IMG/VR virus record: IMGVR_UViG_3300042397_001782
Span: 55,981-119,980 of that record
Source of the DNA: a virus
Reading direction: 5' to 3' (one strand)
DNA: 64,000 bases
The notes beneath the pieces are model-generated. The model was given only the letters and a program-made list of their open reading frames with translations, ran no database searches and had not been told where the DNA came from. This document shows, one piece after another, positions 47,201 to 54,597 of this stretch. Both the position numbers and the translations under genes were made by a program. Within the stretch, counting starts at the first letter, position 1; each line of letters opens with the position of its first letter.

Positions 47201-49532
47201 TACATTAAATCAATTAGAAAAACAAAGTCCTTATTATAGTCCAATACCTTCTCCTCTTCCTATAGATACTACTTTAGATTTTGAAGCAGATACATGGGTA
47301 AACCAAACTTTTACAGTCCCTGCTGGACTTGGAAAAATAATTAATTATGCTAACTCTTTACCTACAGGTTCTCAAATAACTATTATAAATAGTCCAGGAT
47401 CACCATTGGCAAATGGGCAATCTTTTATTGTAAGTAGTACTACTCAAATAACTTATACAGGATTTTTTAATTTAGATGGGGGCAGTTCAGGAGTAACACT
47501 ATCAAATGTTTCTATTAGAGTTAATTTAATGCCTGGAAATAGCGATCAATATTTTTTAGAAAATTATTTAGATAATGCTACTTCTACAAATATTTTAAAT
47601 GATTGTAATACAGGGTATATTTACTATGGTTCCATAAAAAATAACTTACCTAGACAATATGGAAGTATTGATGATATGTTTTTTATTGATACAGGGTTGA
47701 AAGGATGTGCTGGTCAAAACAGTTTGATAGGATTTTATGGAGATAGTTATATTAATACTTTTTCTTTTGTAAGAACAGGTGTTACAGGAATGTTAGAAGA
47801 TTCTATTATAGATGATAATAGTGCTACATTTGCAGATAAATTTGACCCTAAATATACTATAAATAATATAATAGGGGCAAGCAATAGGTCTTATTTATTA
47901 AATTTATACTTAGCTCAAAAAGCAAATATAACTTTATTAAACACTGTTACAGAGTCTGATGTAAACTTAGATTTAAGATATGAAGGGCCTACTTTTAATG
48001 AAGTGTATTATCCTAAATTAGCTAATGGTAAATATAAATTATTTTCCACTAGAAAAATTGAATATGCAGAAGACTGTTATTTAAATACTTATTTTTATGA
48101 ACTATTTTGCAATAATAAAAATGATAATTGTACAACTAGTGCGACTGAATTCATAGAATATAATGATGCCTATAGAAATTTCCATGATAATAAAATAAAC
48201 TTAAATAATGATTATAATGAATTAAATGGTATGAGATTTAATCTTATTAAACCAATTAATTCTACATATAAAACTTGTGAGTGTGATACTGAATTTGACA
48301 ATAGAATTGCAATTTCTTCTAAAGATAATCAATCTATTAGTCAATTAAATTATAGTAAATTTTTACCAAATGATTTTATTACACTACCTCATAAAGAAGG
48401 AAAGATAACTAATTTATTTAAAGAAAACCAAGTACTTTATGCACATACCACAGATAATGTTTGGAAATTACTTACATTAGAGTCTAGGCTTCAAGCGGAT
48501 AATAATCAAGTATATTTAGGAACTAATAATTTATTATCCAGTCAATCTCTAGAATTATTTGCTTCTAATGAAGGATATATGGGATTACAAGATAAAAGAT
48601 TTTCATTCCAAAATAATACTGGATATTTCTTTGCAGACTTAAAAACCCAAACATTAAATCTAATGTCAGGGGGAAGGTTAGATGCTATTTCTACTTATGG
48701 TATGAACAGCTTCTTTAAAAACCAATGGAATACATACTTTAATTCTTATGGGGCTTCTACAAACTCTAATTTGCCTATTATACCTCAATCAAACCCAGAT
48801 TTGTCCACAGTGGAGATTTATTTTGGATATGATTATAGACATAAAAGACTTCTTCTAACGGATAAAACAAACGGATTTACCCTTAGTTATTACCCAGAAG
48901 ATAAGGCATTTTATTCTTTCCATTCGTATCTACCAATGGCGTATCTTCAGAATAGAGACACTTTCTTTACTCAGAATGATAATTATGACGTTTATATACA
49001 TCAAGATAACTTTAATTCTTATAGAAAATTCTATGGTGTTAATTACCCTTCTTTAATTGACGGAGTATTTACCTATCATCCATTAGTATACACAACACTT
49101 AATAATGTTGGTATGAAAATAGATGCCTATAAAAATGTTAACGGTCAGCTATTGATTACCAATGAAGTACCTACAAGTTTACAGGTTTGGACTAGCAGAC
49201 AACATAGTGGGGAAGTTTTCTTAAAAACTCCTATTAACGCTGATTACATGGAGAATGTTGTATTAAATAATCAATTTCACAACATAATAAATGGGGTTGT
49301 ATATTGTAACAACTTGGCTAACTATGTGTTAGACGATACTATTAATTTTTTGAATGGGGATATTTTTCCAGTTCCTAATGCCAATGTAAGTTTTTCTAAG
49401 GATTGGACCCAAGTAGATAGGCTTGAGAATAATTTCTTTAACTATCGAATCAGTATAGATAACAAAGATTTAGAAAATTTAAAATTTATACTTAAATTTA
49501 CAGTTCTTAATTACAATATATCCATGCGTTAA
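44241..49532 (+). CDS. Tail stabilization/muzzle protein (P22 gp10-like)
   Basis: 1763 aa; FTKGMNDD...YRAALNM N-terminus; KSWMRDENY; FTLSY...FYSFHSYLP C-terminus. Confidence 0.78.
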   Translation: MAEQNNNKTRSLQDIKNYTFTKGMNDDASPEAQPADTYRAALNMVKESSEGDENFLTTEYSNAFRIKLPGKVLHSNLIKQLNQVVVFLHTNEIGLYDPNLNTYTKLYASPGLNFSIYIDSVSFTKTECEDVVLIFWDSVNRVRNINISKFIKEGPGDGPVEELELFKTADTCINLSDVSFIENAAYNVDAGVYRPFIQYEDEDGNTTNYYIINENIPLIEDGTNGTYEYIDGNESKILNKSIVLKFDNVDTKYPFINVGFIKTVNGVPTAFIFKRKQPTNIFSTVTYEGDTTFIQTVDIAEVLTKRAFYLSAKTGLIYNNSLLLGGLKGKRNVDYQQYANKISVKYVTGRINLSRTKGYKNPEHIIHHKSWMRDENYMLGIVLEFEDMSESAAFPLINKQYTPFPEFTGSGGPRPETNDTKLCCTDDRVYWKEVNTAKRTAYNHFAGDLSVTDFCSGTIDNNSNNIRSEGYLGYFESEEKYPVILRCGASPGSLDVNDYMYPVDTSTGKAIGKNITLFKMPDSTIEPFHNNIIDDFAIEDNKNRFDSKYDNLEIYPLGLKLENIEFPTLEETDGVKVTGYRIVYVRRDTFNKSVQDKGWFVEMFKNNLNGTDYIYPKHNVNSGAKWDYFSNLRDRTIESSSPIQDFVRNCGYGKHYDNGIIFYGGNTLFSQLGVNVNHVKIEQQYNTTGYYIDSVRGQNSDRFSTIGDNTYDPSTFLDKDGRFRSASIQIYNLYNYGYDQKSDGTLDRSRGYFNRTEVIYQFKNICTDNYSYVNDNVILNKILNSDFSLVNFYRESGFYLDFNNPTDLSFNKNYREFNNQTFTVASTTTVTIPLNTFLSPGQIVTISNLGGCNTTSVFGPVGRQFTVINGTTLQVIGTPFTLAQVGLSCNTIDYDVSTSRQYFNSDSSAKKCNCTTLFDNIVENIIGGIGVRLLTATSTSDILVPIPPATSFPTTITDYPNGTIFTINAVSPPTVPFLAGDKYKWNSTLNQLEKQSPYYSPIPSPLPIDTTLDFEADTWVNQTFTVPAGLGKIINYANSLPTGSQITIINSPGSPLANGQSFIVSSTTQITYTGFFNLDGGSSGVTLSNVSIRVNLMPGNSDQYFLENYLDNATSTNILNDCNTGYIYYGSIKNNLPRQYGSIDDMFFIDTGLKGCAGQNSLIGFYGDSYINTFSFVRTGVTGMLEDSIIDDNSATFADKFDPKYTINNIIGASNRSYLLNLYLAQKANITLLNTVTESDVNLDLRYEGPTFNEVYYPKLANGKYKLFSTRKIEYAEDCYLNTYFYELFCNNKNDNCTTSATEFIEYNDAYRNFHDNKINLNNDYNELNGMRFNLIKPINSTYKTCECDTEFDNRIAISSKDNQSISQLNYSKFLPNDFITLPHKEGKITNLFKENQVLYAHTTDNVWKLLTLESRLQADNNQVYLGTNNLLSSQSLELFASNEGYMGLQDKRFSFQNNTGYFFADLKTQTLNLMSGGRLDAISTYGMNSFFKNQWNTYFNSYGASTNSNLPIIPQSNPDLSTVEIYFGYDYRHKRLLLTDKTNGFTLSYYPEDKAFYSFHSYLPMAYLQNRDTFFTQNDNYDVYIHQDNFNSYRKFYGVNYPSLIDGVFTYHPLVYTTLNNVGMKIDAYKNVNGQLLITNEVPTSLQVWTSRQHSGEVFLKTPINADYMENVVLNNQFHNIINGVVYCNNLANYVLDDTINFLNGDIFPVPNANVSFSKDWTQVDRLENNFFNYRISIDNKDLENLKFILKFTVLNYNISMR

Positions 49533-52500
49533 TGGCTAAAGGTAAAAATAAACTTAATAAACCTAATTCTTCAGGGTGGTTGGATAACTACTCTGAGGAA
49601 TTTTCTATTAGTAAATATGCTGATGGAGATAGAGTTATTGACCCTTTACTTTCTCCTGGACAGCTAGCTCAACTAAATAAATTAAAAGAATTATCAAAAA
49701 AACTTCCAAAAGATGAAGAAATTCTTTTAAAACAAATGCAAAATAAAAGAGCTCAAGATAAATTATCTGTTTCAAAAGAAAAAACTACTGCTGATAAATT
49801 AAAAAAGCTTGTTAGAGAGCCTGTTACTACATTAGCAGACCAAGCTGAATATAATAATTTTGATTTATTATTTGGTACTCCAGGAAGAGTAGGTACAGGT
49901 ATATATAGTACTGTTGGTAATTTATTAACTCCTTCTACTTATCCTACATTAGGAAAAGGTGCGGTTAATTTAGTTAGTAATGCTTTAGCAGATAAAAATG
50001 TTTATGAGGGAGTTAATGAAGATGCTAGTAAAATATTAGGAGAAGGGTTAGATATTTTAGATATAATAGATATGGGAGTGGCTTTAAAGTCTTTGCCTTA
50101 TTTAAATAAATATATACCTAACTCTAAACAACTATCTGGTTCTAGTATAACTTCTTCTGTAGAGGATGTTGGTAAAGGTTTTAAATCAGAAATAGATAAT
50201 ATTAGTTCTGATATTTTAAAACTAAGGGAGGAAAAAACCCTTTATGAAAATAATTATAAAAACCTTATTAGTAGATATAAAAATAAAGAAATAACTCCTG
50301 AACAATATAAGATAGAGTACCAAAAAATATTACCAAAAGATGTGTATTTATTAGGGGATTTAGAGAAAAAAGTAAGAGAATTGCGAGTAAGACAAGATAT
50401 TTTTAACACTCCACAAAAAAATATATTAAACTCTAAAAACCAATTAGGTAAAAATATATCCGATGGTGGGTCAAATAATAAAGGTGTTTTTGAAATTGGC
50501 GATAAGTATGTAGCAAAACTATCAGCACATGGATATGATGATGCAAGTAGATTGGTGAATTACGCTGATAAAATTAAGTCTTCAAGAATAATGAAAACAC
50601 ATCAAGTTAAAGATATAGATGGAAAAGTTTATTTAGTTCAAGATAAAGCAAAAGGCACTCCTTATACTAAATTATCAGAAAAAGACTTAAAAACTATTCC
50701 CAAAAATCAAATAGATAATTTTTATAATGATATTGCAGAATTAGAAAAAAATGGTTTAAATATAGATATTAGTGGGAATAAATCAAATATATTTTATGAC
50801 CCTAAAAAAGGATTTCAGTTTATAGATTTAGGAATAGGTAAAATGCCAGATATTGAAGATATAAATAAATTAGTTATTAAAAAACAAGATGGGGGAGAAA
50901 TAAATCAATATGAAGATGGTGGCAAATTAAAACAATATTTTAAACTTCCAACCAAACGTGTTGCTGTGGATAACACTTATAATAAGAATAGTCCAATAGG
51001 CAACAGTTCTGATGATAAGGAAATGGTTAACAGGTTGTTAATAGAAAAAGTCAACAACGCCCGAAAGGCTAAAGAAAATGAAGATGCAAAAAAATATGTA
51101 GAAAAAGACTTTAAAGAATCTGTAGATTTCTTTGAGAATTATTATAATTCTCCTAGATACAAAGAAATGTTAAAAAATTCTACAAATCTAGAAGATGTAT
51201 ATAATGAACAAAGAATAGATAATCTTAGAACTACTGCTGCATTTAGTAAAAATAATGATGAAGGAAATCCAAATAGTTTTGGATATTCTAATAGTTATTC
51301 AGGAGATATTTCTATTTTACCTGCGGGTAGGGGAGATAAATATACAATGACACATGAACTAAGTCATTCTTCTGATAGACCCTATATTTCTTCATTACCT
51401 AATGAATTATTTAAAGATTTAGGGTTAAAAACTAGATTTAATCCTACAAAATCTGTTTTAAAAAACGTATTAAATATTGGAACTACTAAAAATAGAGTAA
51501 TACCCTATTTAGATGAAATGAGAATTTTAGATAACCAAAAAAAGTTTGATTCAAAATTTCATTTAAATAAAAATAATATTAATGAAGAAAACTTTAATTC
51601 TTTTTATAGAAATTATGTAGGAGAGCCTACTGAAGTAAGAGCAAGGTTAATGGAAATTAGAAGAGGGGGACTAGACAATAATATTTATAATCCTTTTAAA
51701 GAAAAGGTTACTCCTGAAAATTATAAAAAATTAAAAGATTACTTTTATAAAAAAGATGACATAGATAGTCCAATTTTTGATTTAGAACAGTTATACGATG
51801 AAAATAAAGTTATAAAGTTTTTAAATGAAATTTCTGAAAACAAAGAGGAAGACACAGTTCCAATGGCTAAAAATGGAGGAGAAATAAACCAATATGAAGA
51901 TGGGGGCAAATTAAAACAATATTTTAAACTCCCAACCAAACGTGTTGCTGTAGATAACACTTATAATAAGAATAGTTTAAAATTAGACAGTTCTGATGAT
52001 AAGGAAATGGTTAACAGGTTATTAAGAGAAAAAGCCAATGAATCCCAAAAGGCTAAAGAAAAAAGGATAGCTGATGTAAGAAGGCTAGAAGAGTTAAATC
52101 AGAAATCTATGTTAGAAACTGCAAATGCAAAAGATTTGTATGACATAGGAGAAGGGATGAAAAGTAAATATAGATTTTCAAATGAAGACAACTTCTTTGA
52201 TGACTATATTAACCCACTTAATATGGTAGGGGGAATGGCTGGAGGATTAGCTCAAACTCCAGAATTAATTAACCAAGGAGAGTATTTAAATGCAGCATTA
52301 AATGTAGGATTACCTTTAACCGTTGGGGCTTTAGCAGGTATTGGCACTCAAAATACAGGACAGTTTGTAAATAACTTAATTAATCCTTTAGCTGATGTAA
52401 GTGATAAACTTTTAAAAAAACAATCAGTACAAAAATTTTTAAAAACCCCTCGTTTTGATTTAGGTCGTAAAGAGTTTTTACCAGAATCTTTATCTTTTGA

Positions 52501-54586
52501 TTATCAAGATTTAGGTGATGAAAATTTTGCTGTTTTATTAAAAGACCCTAATAATAAAATCCAAGCAAATCTTTCTTTATTTAAAGAAGATGAAGATTGG
52601 TATAAGCCTAGAATGATTACAGTAAAAGAAATTCTTCAAGGACATAAAATACAAGATATTTTATATCAAAAAGGTATTGAAGAAGTTAGAAAAAAAGGCT
52701 TAAAAGGTATTAGAAGTGGGGATTATTTAATGGAACCAGAAAAAACTATAAAAGCTCAAAATAGATTTATTAAAGAAAATTTACTGCCTGATGCTAGTAC
52801 ACAAAATAAAAATTTACCTATAGTAGGATTATTAAACCATAAAAATCCAAATTTATATGAAGATTTTTTTGCATATTATGCTACTATACCTAAAGAAATA
52901 AAATATAAACATTCTATAAAAGAATTGTATGATAGTTTTAAAAATATACTACCAGGTAATAAATCTACAAAAGCTTTAGAGTATTTAAATGGTGGTACCA
53001 TAAATAACAATATGAAAAATAAAAAAACTAAAAAATATCCTGCAGGAGGTTATCTTAATTATCAAGAAGGATATAAAGGATTCGGTATGGGTCCTGAATT
53101 ATATCAAGATAATTCATACTTTAGATCAGTAATGCCTGACAATATTGAAGATATGGAAGAAATGATTAATAAACCAAGCGTATTTTCAGGAATTAATGAT
53201 GTATTAGGTTCTGTAAATCAAGGAGTTAATCAAGTTACTGGGTTAATGAGTAAATTTCAAAATCCACAAACAGGTATGACTAATACAGGTATGATTAATC
53301 CTGAACAAGCTTTTATGCAAAATTATCAAAGTACTCCAGGAAAAAAAATAGATATTAACGATCCTGCTAACCTTACAGATTTTGAAGATTTTGATATGTC
53401 AAATCTTTGGTCAGATTATTTTAATCCTTCAAAATCATCTAATCCTTTTCCCTCAAATTTATTAAATTCAGTTGCACCTCCAGCTAAAAATGGAGGTTAT
53501 TTAAAAAAATACCAAGATGGAGGAGAAATGGATATGTTGCCTGTGGGTGCCCCAGAATATATTCATAAAAGCAATGTATTTAATGAACAGTATAATCCTG
53601 TACCGAGAGTACATTTTAGTGATGATACTACTGCTTATGATATGGGAGTAAATCTAAATGATTTAGTAAATATGAACGGAGGTAGAATAAGACAATATGC
53701 AGGAGGTGGTTTTGCAGAAATGTATGGTAATAGTTATGGCGGGGCATCTAGTTCTCCTAGATTATTTAATGCAAATACAGGTAGAGCAACTTTAGGAGAA
53801 TTACAAGCTGCTACTCAAAATGATTTTTTAAATACAAAAGTAAGAAATGATAGACAACAGTTTGTAGATGATAAAGTAGATTGGGGTGCATTTAACTTTT
53901 TAAAACAACCTGCAGGATTTGTATTAGGTAGATTAAGTGAAGTACCGATTGTAGGAAATATTACTAAAAGTGCTTTAGGAGATTCTTTTTTAACAAGAAC
54001 AAAAGGTTACACAGTAGGGTCTGGTGTAGGAAAAACTATTACGGGGGTTGGAAAAATTGCTGGAGGTATAGCTACAGGTAATGTTGGTATGGTAGGTAGT
54101 GGTATTGGAGATGTAGGTTCAGGAGTTGGAAGTACTTATGGTAATTTAGCTGCTAGAGATGCTATGTCAGATTATAATAAATCAGGCTATGTTTCAAATA
54201 AAAGACTTGAAAAAGCTTCCCAAGATTTTGGTAATATGATGGATACTGCTTCAGGGTTATTTGGTAACATAAAAGGAGGAGTAGGTATGGCTAAAAATAT
54301 GGGGGGAATGGAAGGAATGTTTGGAAATATGAAAGGAGGCCAAACAGGTATGAAAGGATTTGGTAATTTTATGGGTAATTTGACAGGATTTAGAAACGAA
54401 GATGGAGGCATGTTAGATTATGAATATACTATGGTTCCTGAGTTTAAAAAAGGAGGACTTACTCCTAGTAAAGCAGAGAAAATGTTACACGATAAAAGTT
54501 TTACTACTGATAAACAAAGAAAATACTTTGGTTATATAGCTTCACAAAATAAAAAAACTGAGGGTGGTTGGTTAGACTCTCTATAA
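49532..54586 (+). CDS. Modular polyvalent putative cargo protein: kinase-like, zincin (HELSH), GNAT-like and Gly-rich membrane segment, delimited by GG motifs
   Basis: Motifs described in findings; lies directly after the stabilization gene, where crAss-like cargo genes sit. Confidence 0.75.
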   Translation: MAKGKNKLNKPNSSGWLDNYSEEFSISKYADGDRVIDPLLSPGQLAQLNKLKELSKKLPKDEEILLKQMQNKRAQDKLSVSKEKTTADKLKKLVREPVTTLADQAEYNNFDLLFGTPGRVGTGIYSTVGNLLTPSTYPTLGKGAVNLVSNALADKNVYEGVNEDASKILGEGLDILDIIDMGVALKSLPYLNKYIPNSKQLSGSSITSSVEDVGKGFKSEIDNISSDILKLREEKTLYENNYKNLISRYKNKEITPEQYKIEYQKILPKDVYLLGDLEKKVRELRVRQDIFNTPQKNILNSKNQLGKNISDGGSNNKGVFEIGDKYVAKLSAHGYDDASRLVNYADKIKSSRIMKTHQVKDIDGKVYLVQDKAKGTPYTKLSEKDLKTIPKNQIDNFYNDIAELEKNGLNIDISGNKSNIFYDPKKGFQFIDLGIGKMPDIEDINKLVIKKQDGGEINQYEDGGKLKQYFKLPTKRVAVDNTYNKNSPIGNSSDDKEMVNRLLIEKVNNARKAKENEDAKKYVEKDFKESVDFFENYYNSPRYKEMLKNSTNLEDVYNEQRIDNLRTTAAFSKNNDEGNPNSFGYSNSYSGDISILPAGRGDKYTMTHELSHSSDRPYISSLPNELFKDLGLKTRFNPTKSVLKNVLNIGTTKNRVIPYLDEMRILDNQKKFDSKFHLNKNNINEENFNSFYRNYVGEPTEVRARLMEIRRGGLDNNIYNPFKEKVTPENYKKLKDYFYKKDDIDSPIFDLEQLYDENKVIKFLNEISENKEEDTVPMAKNGGEINQYEDGGKLKQYFKLPTKRVAVDNTYNKNSLKLDSSDDKEMVNRLLREKANESQKAKEKRIADVRRLEELNQKSMLETANAKDLYDIGEGMKSKYRFSNEDNFFDDYINPLNMVGGMAGGLAQTPELINQGEYLNAALNVGLPLTVGALAGIGTQNTGQFVNNLINPLADVSDKLLKKQSVQKFLKTPRFDLGRKEFLPESLSFDYQDLGDENFAVLLKDPNNKIQANLSLFKEDEDWYKPRMITVKEILQGHKIQDILYQKGIEEVRKKGLKGIRSGDYLMEPEKTIKAQNRFIKENLLPDASTQNKNLPIVGLLNHKNPNLYEDFFAYYATIPKEIKYKHSIKELYDSFKNILPGNKSTKALEYLNGGTINNNMKNKKTKKYPAGGYLNYQEGYKGFGMGPELYQDNSYFRSVMPDNIEDMEEMINKPSVFSGINDVLGSVNQGVNQVTGLMSKFQNPQTGMTNTGMINPEQAFMQNYQSTPGKKIDINDPANLTDFEDFDMSNLWSDYFNPSKSSNPFPSNLLNSVAPPAKNGGYLKKYQDGGEMDMLPVGAPEYIHKSNVFNEQYNPVPRVHFSDDTTAYDMGVNLNDLVNMNGGRIRQYAGGGFAEMYGNSYGGASSSPRLFNANTGRATLGELQAATQNDFLNTKVRNDRQQFVDDKVDWGAFNFLKQPAGFVLGRLSEVPIVGNITKSALGDSFLTRTKGYTVGSGVGKTITGVGKIAGGIATGNVGMVGSGIGDVGSGVGSTYGNLAARDAMSDYNKSGYVSNKRLEKASQDFGNMMDTASGLFGNIKGGVGMAKNMGGMEGMFGNMKGGQTGMKGFGNFMGNLTGFRNEDGGMLDYEYTMVPEFKKGGLTPSKAEKMLHDKSFTTDKQRKYFGYIASQNKKTEGGWLDSL
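50889..52062 (+). repeat. 190-bp intragenic direct repeat (50889-51078 and 51873-52062)
   Basis: Both copies encode GGEINQYEDGGKLKQYFKLPTKRVAVDNTYNKNS...SSDDKEMVNRLL; offset 984 bp, in frame. Confidence 0.9.
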
Positions 54587-54597
54587 AAAATAACAAT

